63,108 nt of DNA, filler included, from Trichomonas gallinae (GCA_008369845.1; 8 parts of 8 records of this genome joined end to end with filler, not necessarily neighbours in it), one strand, 5' to 3'. Shown: positions 11,207 to 21,529, numbered from the whole stretch's first letter. The notes: a model not told the origin generated them from the sequence alone. Translations and numbers: made by a program.

Positions 11207-11773
11207 TCAACAACAGTTCGAAGTGTTATTCTTAATTTGCATTTCCTGTGGTTCTTTATCTAATGAGCCTGCGATTTCCAAGTAATTCTTTACTATTAAT
11301 CCTTGGAGTTCATCAATATGATATCTAGTTTTAGAAGAAACATATTCTTGATCATCAAACGTACCTTGGTATTTATTAAGATTTTTTGTTTCTGACTGTT
11401 TGTTTAAATCGTATTTTGCACCGACAAGAATTTTTTTGTATGATTGTGGAAGATTTTCCTCGCTTTTTTGAATAAAGCTTTCCAAAGAATCATATGACTC
11501 TTTGCTTGTTATATCGTAAACATATAAAATGACTTGAACATCTCTGAGAGCTGCAAAGGAAGTTGATTGGAATCTTTCTTGCCCAGCTGTATCAAATAAT
11601 TTCAAAATATAGGTGCTACCATCATGTGTAATGGTTTTTTCGTAAAAATTAATCTGGACAGTATTAGCAACCTCTTCAAATTTGTCGTCTCTTATTCTAA
11701 GACATAGAGATGTCTTACCTGCATCTGGCCCTCCAAGAAGACCAATTTTGATTTGTTTCTCACCTGACTCCAT
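11207..11773 (-). CDS. Divergent Rab-family small GTPase
   Basis: P-loop GGPDAGKT, DTAGQERF, VYDIT, C-terminal CC prenylation motif. Confidence 0.9.
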   Translation of the reverse strand: MESGEKQIKIGLLGGPDAGKTSLCLRIRDDKFEEVANTVQINFYEKTITHDGSTYILKLFDTAGQERFQSTSFAALRDVQVILYVYDITSKESYDSLESFIQKSEENLPQSYKKILVGAKYDLNKQSETKNLNKYQGTFDDQEYVSSKTRYHIDELQGLIVKNYLEIAGSLDKEPQEMQIKNNTSNCC

Positions 11774-11836
11774 TAATTTTTCTGTTTTCTGGAAAAAAAT
11801 TGACCTATAAATTTTCCAGAGATATTTAAAATTATT

Positions 11837-12212
11837 TTAGGGGGACTACTTGAATAATTTACATTTTCGGTTTTTGTAGACTATTCAAACTCTTCGCCTT
11901 AATGTATATTTAGGGTAGTTCACCTTATTTTTAATTTCGTAAACTATTCAAACCTTCCCCCTTATTATATTTATATAGGGAAAAATCGAGTAGTTTTTAT
12001 TTTTTTTTAATTTCGTAAATATCAAACATATCTACTTATTATTTATTTAGGAGCAGGATTTTAATTGTTTACCTTATTATTAATTTCGTAAACTATTCAA
12101 ACCTTCCCCCTTAATATTATTTTAGGGGAAAAATTTGAATAATTTACATCATGTAAACTATTCAACACTACCCCCTTATTATATTTTTAGGGAGAAAGAT
12201 CGAATAGTTTAC
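11837..12212. repeat. Tandem array of about 60-bp imperfect palindromes (5 units plus a half unit)
   Basis: Unit GTAAACTATTCAAA-CCTTCCCCCTTAA-(AT loop)-TTAGGGGAAAAA-TTTGAATAATTTAC at 12088-12147. Related units at 11876-11923, 11939-11998, 12015-12072 and 12153-12212; right half at 11837-11862. Confidence 0.85.
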
Positions 12213-12564
12213 AAAATTTGATAATTACTCCGTCTCGTGTATAATTAATTAGTTTATTTCAACGGAGACGTCACCGGAAATTATTATAGCTACAGAGAAC
12301 ATCAAATATTTATTTAGTTGCTAGCTCCTTTTTCAAGCTATTATTAATTTTCCAAAATTTTGGGGAATTTACAGGTTTCTGTTAAATATTTAGCGGCTTT
12401 GAAGAGTAAATAAAAACACTGTCGCAGTTAAAGCCAATTATAAGGAGTCAGTTTTTCCAATTTCCTGACAAAAAAATATTTGTTATTTTCTCTATATAAA
12501 TGTAATCCTCTCAGTCAGTTTTTGTCTCAAAAAATCTAATCGCATTAAAAGGGTTCAATTTAAA

Positions 12565-13584
12565 ATGCCTTTTGGCTCGGCCAGCCCTCCTTATGTGAAT
12601 AAGGAAGGAACTTACACCGAACTCGACTCTATATCCGATGAAGAGTTCAGGCACCTTGTTCGCCCATATCATTTCACAAAATTACAAAGAGCCTTCCAAA
12701 TATTCTGTTTTTGTCTCTTCTTGGGACCAATCAGAATGGTTGTCGGGTTCGTTGTATTCACAGGATGCGTAGGTCTGATCAATTTGATTCAAATTCTCTC
12801 GATTAAATTCGATTTTAAACGAAATGCATTGAGGCAAGTTTGCAGGCACATTGCTCGCATCGGATTCATATTCTTTAACGCTTCAATGGGTGTGCTCTAC
12901 TACAAGATAAACGGAAAAATCGACCCAGAGGCAAGATTTATCATATCAAATCATGTCAGCTTAATTGATCCGTTTGTTTACATAGTTTTCTTCTTCTACA
13001 CTCCAATTGTCAAATACGAAGTGTCTAAGGTCAAAGCATTCCATCATATTATGAACTGTGTTGATGTTGTCTACGTAAAACGTGATGCCCATCATGGACA
13101 GTCTCAGCATGTTGTAGAGCGTGCAGATAATCCTGCCTGCAACCCGGTTCTCATCTTCCCAGAAGGAACTATTCCAGGAGGCCCTTACACGCTCAAATTC
13201 CACAGAACAGCCTTCTTAACAGAGCATAAAGTTCAACCACTTACTATTCGCTACTGCATGCCTCTTGTTCCTGAAGGATGGAATGAATATGTTTGGAGAA
13301 AGACAGATCCACTCCCACATCTTTGGCTCATGGTTTCTAACCCATTCACATACGTTTCCATCAATGTTCTCCCTGTCATGACAAAGGCGGTCGATGGCGA
13401 AGGTGATGTTGAGAAATTCGCCACTAAAGCACAGCTTTTAATTGCAAACTCGCTTGGACTCAGACCAACAAATCGCTCAAGCCACGAATTGTTCCACATC
13501 AACAAGCAATCACAGTCAGCTGATTCACCAGGTAATGCTGAACTCAAAGCGGCAGTCATGCCTTCAAAGAAGAAGGCTGAATGA
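12565..13584 (+). CDS. Lysophospholipid acyltransferase (PlsC/LPCAT-like)
   Basis: NHVSLID (HxxxxD), IFPEGT, VQP, N-terminal hydrophobic segment. Confidence 0.9.
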   Translation: MPFGSASPPYVNKEGTYTELDSISDEEFRHLVRPYHFTKLQRAFQIFCFCLFLGPIRMVVGFVVFTGCVGLINLIQILSIKFDFKRNALRQVCRHIARIGFIFFNASMGVLYYKINGKIDPEARFIISNHVSLIDPFVYIVFFFYTPIVKYEVSKVKAFHHIMNCVDVVYVKRDAHHGQSQHVVERADNPACNPVLIFPEGTIPGGPYTLKFHRTAFLTEHKVQPLTIRYCMPLVPEGWNEYVWRKTDPLPHLWLMVSNPFTYVSINVLPVMTKAVDGEGDVEKFATKAQLLIANSLGLRPTNRSSHELFHINKQSQSADSPGNAELKAAVMPSKKKAE

Positions 13585-13837
13585 ATTTTGTACTTATTTT
13601 TTTTCATAATTAAAATATACCGAATTTTCATATCCAATACTATTCACTAGCTAATTATACAATTCAGCATCTTTAGAAAGTTAATATAACTATTAAAAGA
13701 TAGAATAATTATGATGATATAAAAAATTGTCATGTATTGTTTGACGTGTAAACATTGTAAATGTCAAATGGATTTTTGTTTTGTAAACTGATTTATTGTC
13801 ATGTAAAAATAGATATTTGACGTGTAATCTTCAGAAA

Positions 13838-14470
13838 ATGCAGGGACTTCCGAAGAAAGATATTCCTGAGGCATGGACTGCTGTTCAATATGATAGACTC
13901 GAATCACTGAAAACACTTATTAATCCAACTTTAGTTTCACCAAATGCTTCTACATTTAGTCCAACAAATCACATTCATACTTTATTAATGTGCGCGGCTG
14001 CTCATGGATCAATCGAATGCGCACAGTTTTTACTAGAAAAAGGTGCAAAAGTCGATAACAAGAATTTTGCAGGCTATACTGCATTACACTGGGCTGCGTA
14101 CACAGGAAGAACAGAAACTCTTGAGCTTTTAGCAAGCAAAGGAGCTAATTTGGAATCAAGAACAGAAGATGGCAAGACTCCTTTACACATTGCAGCACAA
14201 CGCGGTCATCTTGAGTTCATCGAATCAATTCTTAAACTTCACACAGAAGATAATCTCGTTGATATCAACAGTGTTGCAAGCAATGGCTGGAATGCACTGT
14301 TTTTCGCAGTTGTCGGAAACCAACAAACTGTTGCGGAGTATTTAATAAAGAGCGGAATCGATATAGAATCACCAGATGCCGATAATAAAACCATTGGTTT
14401 TATTGCAGAGAAATACCGCAGATATTGGTTAAAAGATCTTCTTAATCAAGAACAAAATTCCAATATCTAA
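13838..14470 (+). CDS. Ankyrin repeat protein
   Basis: TLLMCAAAHG, GYTALHWAAYTG, GKTPLHIAAQRGH, GWNALFFAV. ATG at 13838 (the track start is TTG). Confidence 0.9.
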   Translation: MQGLPKKDIPEAWTAVQYDRLESLKTLINPTLVSPNASTFSPTNHIHTLLMCAAAHGSIECAQFLLEKGAKVDNKNFAGYTALHWAAYTGRTETLELLASKGANLESRTEDGKTPLHIAAQRGHLEFIESILKLHTEDNLVDINSVASNGWNALFFAVVGNQQTVAEYLIKSGIDIESPDADNKTIGFIAEKYRRYWLKDLLNQEQNSNI

Positions 14471-15182
14471 GGAAATTATATTGTTTGATAAACTATTATT
14501 TATATGATAACCACTTGAAGCCTTACAAGCAAATCATTCGATGTTTTTTTCAAAATGATATTTTATATTTGGTTTTGATATGCAAATATTAAGGTCATCT
14601 GAATGAATATTTCAATATTACAGCATTATATGAAAAGTCTCATGTTCTTATTGGTAAATCTGAATAAACAAGAATTTATTCCAATAATATTCTGCTAAAA
14701 TAGAAGTATTAAGCATAAGCCCCGCATAAAAAACAATTTATTTGCTGCATTTGATGAAATGTATTGTTGACTTACGACAGAGAATTCATTTATAAAAATG
14801 TTTCGTTATTGATAATGATAAGATGCGAGTATGTGAAATATGATATATAAAGATTATACTATATAATATACCTCAGAGGTAGTACATTAAATCCATCATG
14901 TAATGATCTGAACTAGATACAAGTGAGTATGTACCAATAATATACTATCTATATAACCTATTGTGAAAACATTCTTTGCACTTCTGGACAATGCTGTCGA
15001 ATATATTACATAGCACTTTCAGACGAAATGAAAAAGAATTCGCGGGAATTCAGTACTTTTGCTGACAACAATATTCTTTACATGTCAGAATGACATCTTA
15101 TAAAGTCACTTTTTGGTAATTGATTTTCTTCACTACAATAAATCTAAACAATATTTGGAGCATATTATTTCGTTATTTTTTG

Positions 15183-15439
15183 AGAGGTGTACCAATGACG
15201 ATAGAAATGACGTTAAAATCATAACGGTCCTAGAACTGAAGTCTTTTTGGAGCACAGAANNNNNNNNNNNNNNNNNNNNNNNNNNNNNNNNNNNNNNNNN
15301 NNNTTAATTAATTAANNNNNNNNNNNNNNNNNNNNNNNNNNNNNNNNNNNNNNNNNNNNTAAATCATTATATTAATGCATATAATATACTGGCAAAGTTT
15401 GGAGCAAAAATACATTTCTATCGTCATTGGTACACCTCT
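15183..15439. mobile_element. Non-autonomous TIR element (MITE-like) spanning an assembly gap
   Basis: Perfect 27-bp inverted repeat: AGAGGTGTACCAATGACGATAGAAATG (15183-15209) and its reverse complement (15413-15439). No matching TSD seen. Confidence 0.65.
15260..15359. other. Assembly linker/gap (N44-TTAATTAATTAA-N44)
   Basis: Identical 100-bp construct recurs at 25311-25410, 47095-47194, 54737-54836, 56210-56309, 58148-58247 and 60080-60179. Confidence 0.98.
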
Positions 15440-16106
15440 GTCATGATTTTTAATGTCAAATTTGGCAAAATTTTAAGGAAAATTGACATTCTGTCATGTA
15501 AATTATAGTCAAATATTACGATTATTTTCAATTCAAATAATTATCATACTCATAATGATAGTTTTCAGACATTTTTACAAGTTTAAATCATTGTATATCA
15601 GATATATACATTCCTCAACAATCTTTTATATCGTTTCCAAAGTTTGGAGCAATTCACTTCAGCCTTTCTTATTCCTTTCATATCAAATAAATAATTAAGT
15701 ATTACGCTTTTCAGATTGCAGGTAATTAATGAACATCATTATAATTTCACTTTTTACCAATAAACATTATATCTAACACCACTATTATCAGGTTAACAAT
15801 GATGATATCAAAACATACGATCATTTTCAATTCAAATTTTAATTTTTGACATCCAAATGACTGCGAATATGGAAAATTCTTATCACCTTGTTATACATTT
15901 TGTAATCATGAACATGCATATAATATTGCTATAAAATTAAAGAGCTTTTGACCTAATATTGATTATTATTATTATAGAACAATAGAACAATATATTGCTT
16001 TCAAGAAACAAAAAATAGAATTTTGACAAGTAAAGGTTTAAAATGACATATAAAGTGACAAAAATATATTTGAAAGAAAATTTTGTAAAGTCTGACAAAA
16101 AAAAAA

Positions 16107-17300
16107 ATGTTTGAAGGAAAAACAGTACTTATTGGCATCACTGGTGGAATTGCATCGTATAAAATGGCAACTCTTGCCAGTATGCTCTCAAAGACAAAAG
16201 CGACAGTCAATATCATCATGACAGAAAGTGCTCAAAAATTTATTACTCCAGCAACATTCGAAGCACTCGTTAAAACAAAAGTACACGTTGATACATTCGA
16301 TAGAGAGTATCATGATGCTGTAGAACACATCGAATTAGCGAAAACAGCAGATATCTTTCTCGTAGCACCTGCAACGGCCAATTTTATCGCGAAATCATGC
16401 CATGGAATGGCAGATGACATGCTTACAACAACATTCCTCGCTGCTACATGTCCAAAATTTGTTGCTCCAGCTATGAATACAAATATGTTACAAAATCCAA
16501 TCACACAGGATAATATCAAGACACTTATTAAATACGGAATCAATATTATCGAGCCAACATCTGGTATGCTTGCTTGTGGCGACGTTGGCTCAGGAAAAAT
16601 GGCCGAACCAGAAATTTTGTTCGAAATTATCGAAAAAGAGATCGCAAAAACTAAGGATCTTGCAGGAAAGCGCATTCTTATAACAGCTGGAGCCACACGA
16701 GAGTCAATGGATCCTGTGAGATTCATTACAAATCACAGTAGCGGAAAAATGGGATTTGCAATGGCGAAAGAAGCCATGCTTCGCGGTGCAGATGTCACAG
16801 TCGTAAAAGCATCAACAACAGCTCCAATTCCTCATTTTGTTAAAATTATTGATGTTGCAAGTGCAAGCGAAATGTTTGATAAAGTCACAGAACTCTCTGA
16901 CAGCATGGATATAATCATCAAAGCAGCAGCTGTTGCAGATTACACCCCAGCTAATTATTCAGATGAAAAAGTTAAAAAGAAAGAAGGCGATTTATCCATA
17001 AATTTAGTCAGAACTAAAGATATTCTGGCTTATCTAGGCGAGCACAAGCGAGAAAAACAGTTTTTGTGCGGATTTTCGATGGAAACTGAGCATCTCGTAG
17101 AAAATTCCACGGCAAAGCTTAAGAGGAAGAAGGCAGACATGATTGTCGCAAATAATCTCAAAGTTGTAGGCGCTGGATTCGGAACAGATACAAATCTCGT
17201 GACATTAATCACAAACGAAGGTGCCGAAGAACTCGAAATGATGCCGAAAGAAAAAGTTGCTGAAAAGATATTCGACAAGATCCTTAAAATGACACAATGA
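16107..17300 (+). CDS. coaBC: Bifunctional phosphopantothenoylcysteine decarboxylase / phosphopantothenate-cysteine ligase, bacterial type
   Basis: CoaC half: GITGGIASYK, HIELAK, APATAN, PAMN, LACGDVG.G. CoaB half: ITAGATRE..DPVRFITNHSSGKMG, AAAVADY, KVKK, GFSMET, IVANN. Confidence 0.95.
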   Translation: MFEGKTVLIGITGGIASYKMATLASMLSKTKATVNIIMTESAQKFITPATFEALVKTKVHVDTFDREYHDAVEHIELAKTADIFLVAPATANFIAKSCHGMADDMLTTTFLAATCPKFVAPAMNTNMLQNPITQDNIKTLIKYGINIIEPTSGMLACGDVGSGKMAEPEILFEIIEKEIAKTKDLAGKRILITAGATRESMDPVRFITNHSSGKMGFAMAKEAMLRGADVTVVKASTTAPIPHFVKIIDVASASEMFDKVTELSDSMDIIIKAAAVADYTPANYSDEKVKKKEGDLSINLVRTKDILAYLGEHKREKQFLCGFSMETEHLVENSTAKLKRKKADMIVANNLKVVGAGFGTDTNLVTLITNEGAEELEMMPKEKVAEKIFDKILKMTQ

Positions 17301-17943
17301 ATTGTAATTTTCTAACTAAACTTTCTATTATAATCATTTCAGCAATGCTATCTCCTCATGTTTTTTGTTTAACACAGTTATTACCATTAATATCGTTACA
17401 ATAAATCGATCAAAATAATTTATTTATATGTGAAATTTTCTTCAGTTGCATCAATTTCTAAAGGACTAATTTTGATCCAAATGACTATATAATTACTGAC
17501 TACATCAAGTCTGTTGCAGACTCTGCGTCCAAATACAACAAACGTCATAATTTTCTTTCCTTCTTGACAGATTCACTCTTGAATTTTGGCAACGATGCAA
17601 GTATTCATAACAAAATTCACCGATCTCGAATTTGCGTCTATTGTCTCTATGTTCAAACAACTACTGCGTCTCGTGAAAATTTCAAATTACAAATTGAAAT
17701 ACAATTTTGATAAAGTTGTGTATCAATAGAGATAGAAAAGACATTTATTTGTCAATAGTTTCAAGCTCTAAAAAGGAAAAATATTGGAGCATGATCTAGT
17801 TAATTCAAATGGTACTCTATAATAATATGCGCAAGTTGTAACTAATTCCAACCTATAAATCATGATGTGATAAAAAAAAAGATATTTTTGCCTTTCAAAA
17901 CAAAAGTTTATAAAGAACAATAATAAACAATAATAAAATATAA

Positions 17944-19779
17944 TCATTTCCTTCCTCCTTTGTTGGCCCTAAGCTTCGTCCTTGCAGCATCCCACGCGTC
18001 TACGATCTCATTGTCGAAGTATATAAATACTTCCGTCATCAAATCAAACTTGAAATTCTGCAATAATGATGAGCCTTCGCATAAAACAGATTTGAGCGTT
18101 TTAGCGACTTTCACGTATTCTTCAACGAACTTCTTGTCCGGCTGAGGGTCTGGACTCATGTACGTCTTGATGTACTCTGAATCTATTTCGAGCGAATTTA
18201 GCCATTGATTATCTTTAAGCGCTGCGACAATTGTATTCACATCTAAAGGAGTCACTGAGCCACTGAGTTTAAGTGAAACTAGTGTGGTATTCATTTGCAA
18301 GAAAGCAGCGAGATCTTTGAAAAATTGGTGTTCAACGAGTTCGGAATTTTCGTTTGTATGGAAGTGGAAGTCTAAGACTCTAGGCACTCTGTCCGGATTC
18401 TCCTTGAAAAACTGGAAAAGACGCATTGCTCCGTGTTCATTTATATGATTCTTTGAAATATTCAGTTCGTTAATCCTCTGTTTGTGCATGAAGCTGATCA
18501 GTGAGTCAACTGAGTCATTGGAAAGCGCGTTGTCTGAGCAATCAAGCACCTGAAGGTAACATCCATCTAATTCTGTCATAATCTTCCTGAAAATACCATC
18601 GGAGATGCTCTTCGATGATATATTGACTTTGGAGAGGCGATCATCGCGATATAATGAGCAAACAGCAAGGCGGCCAAAATATTGAGCGTTTGTGTCGTCT
18701 AATTTGCCTGCCCACTTGATTACATCGACCGGAGCATCAACAGAGAAGGCTGGGAAGTTGAGAACCCAGCAATCGTGCGTTTTTCCAAAATCATGAACTG
18801 AAATCTTAATACTTTTGTGTATATTTTCTCCCGACAACTTCTGTTCTAGCGAGTGTATCTGTTCTAGCTCCAAATGGCCGATTCTTACATCTTCGAGGTA
18901 ATCATTGGAAATTAAAGCTCCAGCGAAAGCCTCGAAGTTTAAGTTCTTAGCGAATATTGTATCATTGACTTGCGGCCAAGAAACAGGAAGTACTTGGTAA
19001 TTAAACCCATCCATTATCAAAGTGTGAAGATGAGTTCTACTTAAGCTCTCCAGGAAAGAAAGAACGTATGATTCGTTGACCTTGCATCCGGATATAGCGA
19101 GATGTGTAATTCCTGTGTTCGAAATCAGTACTTTCGAAAGATATGATAAATCCACGGCGTTATATGAAATATCTAAGTGAGAAAGGCTCGGATACATCAT
19201 AACTTTCTCCAAGAAGCTCGTCATTCCGCCCATCCATATCATATTGTCTGCTATTTCGATAGATGTCAGTGATGATGCTTCCAAAACATCGCCGAGCTGT
19301 CTAACGCCGTTCTCGTATATCGAATTTGACTCTACTCGTAGGTGGTGTAGGTTTTTAGTCTCGCTTAAGCATTTTACGACGAATTCGAATCCTTCTGATG
19401 AAATATCGCAGCCAACTAAGCTTAGTATCTCGAGCGGTGAAGAAAACTTGATAGAATTTGCGAGAGCCATCAAAGATTCCGGTTTTATCACGTTATCATC
19501 TGCATATAGTTCAACGAGCGGACTTTCGCCGATTATTTTGAATATTGTCGTGCACGCTTCGACAGTCATTCTCGTGTCGATGAGCGACAACGACACGAGG
19601 CAGCAGCCGGGCGCGGTGAGGAAATTGGCGAGAAATTGCGCAACTTCCGGTGTGACCTGGTTTGTCGTTAGATCTAAGCGGCTCACATCGGGGTGCAAAA
19701 ATTCTTTCAGCTCCCTGAGAAGCTGGACCCCATTGTAGCGCTTTCCGGAAAAATCAAGTGTTTTCTCGCCTTCCTCCAT
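17944..19779 (-). CDS. RNI-like leucine-rich repeat protein
   Basis: Repeated LxxLxLxxNxI units (LDLTTNQV, LYADDNVI, LRVESNSI, LDISYNAV, LDCSDNAL). Confidence 0.85.
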   Translation of the reverse strand: MEEGEKTLDFSGKRYNGVQLLRELKEFLHPDVSRLDLTTNQVTPEVAQFLANFLTAPGCCLVSLSLIDTRMTVEACTTIFKIIGESPLVELYADDNVIKPESLMALANSIKFSSPLEILSLVGCDISSEGFEFVVKCLSETKNLHHLRVESNSIYENGVRQLGDVLEASSLTSIEIADNMIWMGGMTSFLEKVMMYPSLSHLDISYNAVDLSYLSKVLISNTGITHLAISGCKVNESYVLSFLESLSRTHLHTLIMDGFNYQVLPVSWPQVNDTIFAKNLNFEAFAGALISNDYLEDVRIGHLELEQIHSLEQKLSGENIHKSIKISVHDFGKTHDCWVLNFPAFSVDAPVDVIKWAGKLDDTNAQYFGRLAVCSLYRDDRLSKVNISSKSISDGIFRKIMTELDGCYLQVLDCSDNALSNDSVDSLISFMHKQRINELNISKNHINEHGAMRLFQFFKENPDRVPRVLDFHFHTNENSELVEHQFFKDLAAFLQMNTTLVSLKLSGSVTPLDVNTIVAALKDNQWLNSLEIDSEYIKTYMSPDPQPDKKFVEEYVKVAKTLKSVLCEGSSLLQNFKFDLMTEVFIYFDNEIVDAWDAARTKLRANKGGRK

Positions 19780-19863
19780 AACTTTTGCTAAGCAGGGTCC
19801 TTTGGTGTTTGGCCCTACTTTATTAATTTACACGTCATTTTTAAAATTACTTGGCAAATTAAA

Positions 19864-20008
19864 TTTTACATGACAATTTGTATTTTGACATTTTACATGA
19901 CTATTTGTATTTTGCCATTTTACATGGCAAATTAGAATTTGTTATTTACGTGGCAAATATGATTTTGTTATTTACATGACTATTTGGATTTTGACATTTT
20001 ACATAACA
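19864..20008. repeat. Minisatellite, 26-27-bp unit, about 5.5 copies
   Basis: TTTTACATGACAATTTGTATTTTGACA repeated with variants (ACATGG, ACGTGG, TTGCCA, TTGTTA). Confidence 0.85.
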
Positions 20009-20060
20009 AAAAAAAACTATTTATAAATAGAGTTAAATTATAGCGTTCCTTCCAAGAGGT

Positions 20061-20219
20061 ATGGTGACAAAATCTGAAAATCTGTTAGACTCCTATAAAA
20101 TTTATCACTATGGGCATACATACTTATATTCTGAATATGAGGCAAAACCAAGTGAGAAGTATCTGTCACTCTACCTCTTTCTTTCAGTTGTAAAGGATTG
20201 TATTTCAGATAAAATGTGA
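20061..20219 (+). pseudogene. Micro-ORF or gene relic (52 aa), homologous to 42882-42995 on the minus strand
   Basis: MVTKSENLLDSYKIYHYGHTYLYSEYEAKPSE aligns with KNLLDSYKIGHCEHAYLYSEYGATPCE, with many third-position synonymous differences. Confidence 0.5.
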
Positions 20220-20466
20220 AAACTATAAACAAAAATGGTTATAGCAAAGAAAAAACGCCTTACAACTACTAAGATTTAAAAAAATGCAAAATTGTAAAAA
20301 AAAAATTGATTTTATGAAAGACTAATGCATTATTATGAGTCTCTTTGACGCATCTGTGTGCTATATTTACAGGCATTTAATCGGAATTTTTAATTTAATA
20401 TTTTATAATAAAAAAATTATTCATTTTGAAAACAAATAATGTATAATGTTTATTCTATTAGTGGAT

Positions 20467-21240
20467 CTATGCTGGCTTTGCCTCTTCTGCTGGTTTAGCT
20501 TCTTCAGCAGGTTTTGATTCTTCTGTTTTATTCTCAGTAACTTCGGTAGAAGGTGTCTTGGTCGTAAGTTTAAGAGTTTTAAGCGGATTGGTATCAATTG
20601 AGAGCTTGGGTGCTGAAAGGCCAATTCCTCCAAGCTTAAGACCTGGTTTAGTAGAAGCTGCTGCAGCAGCAGCTTCTTCCTTCTTAGCTGCTTCTTCTTC
20701 GGCCTTTTTCTTTGCTTCTTCTCTTTCTTCCTTTTCCTTTTGCTTTCTTTCCTTATCTGCTTTCTTTGTTTCTTCATATAGCTTTTCTGCGTCTTTTTGG
20801 ATATTTTCGAACAGTTTTGATGACTTTGGAACCCTGTTAACAGGTTCAAACGAATCTTTAGATGTTGTATTATCGATTTGTTGTGTAGAAAGTGTAGCTT
20901 CGTCTTTCGAAAAGTTTTGATTTGGTCGTGAAATAGTTTTGCTGCCATAAGGAGCCACTTCTTCTGGTAAATAAATTTTGAAATCTGGGAATGGCGTTGA
21001 ATCGATATATTGGCGTTGAGGTCCTGCTTTTGCATCTGTTTTTGCCTTTGCTGCTGATTTCTGTAATTGACTTTCTATAGCTTTTGCAGATGGATGGAAA
21101 TATAAAATGTGATTCGGCAATGTTTTGAGGGTTTGCTTGTGTATGAATAAAGTATATAGCCATATTCCGAGGAAAATTGATATTATTAAGCATAGCAAAA
21201 GAATCGACACCGAGCCTACTTCAGTGTCTTCTTCAAACAT
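20467..21240 (-). CDS. Hypothetical protein with N-terminal TM anchor and E/K/A-rich region
   Basis: ILLLCLIISIFLGIWLYTLFI, charged helical stretch, C-terminal KPAEEA repeats. Confidence 0.8.
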   Translation of the reverse strand: MFEEDTEVGSVSILLLCLIISIFLGIWLYTLFIHKQTLKTLPNHILYFHPSAKAIESQLQKSAAKAKTDAKAGPQRQYIDSTPFPDFKIYLPEEVAPYGSKTISRPNQNFSKDEATLSTQQIDNTTSKDSFEPVNRVPKSSKLFENIQKDAEKLYEETKKADKERKQKEKEEREEAKKKAEEEAAKKEEAAAAAASTKPGLKLGGIGLSAPKLSIDTNPLKTLKLTTKTPSTEVTENKTEESKPAEEAKPAEEAKPA

Positions 21241-21529
21241 TAATTATTTTTGAAAAATAAGTAAGTAAATATATTGGACTATTCATAATATAATAATTTT
21301 ATTATATATAACTCCAGTTTTAATATTTTTGTCATGTAAATTTTTGATTTTGACAAAATATTATAATTATGACATGTAAATTAATAATATGTCAAAAATC
21401 GAAAAATCGGCATTTGTCTAGTACTATTGTATGTAATCATATTGGTTGATAGAAAATTGTTATGCACAAGATATGAGGTTTATTCAACAGACAAAAATAA
21501 AAATACAAATATAATATATGAAAAATAGC

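Noticed and set aside
11837..12193. TTAGGG hexamers as interstitial telomere
   Set aside because: They are isolated single hexamers forming the palindrome arm, not tandem telomeric repeats.
11837..12212. CRISPR interpretation of the palindromic array
   Set aside because: Units are 60 bp and diverged, the linkers resemble each other instead of being unique spacers, there are no cas genes, and the context is eukaryotic.
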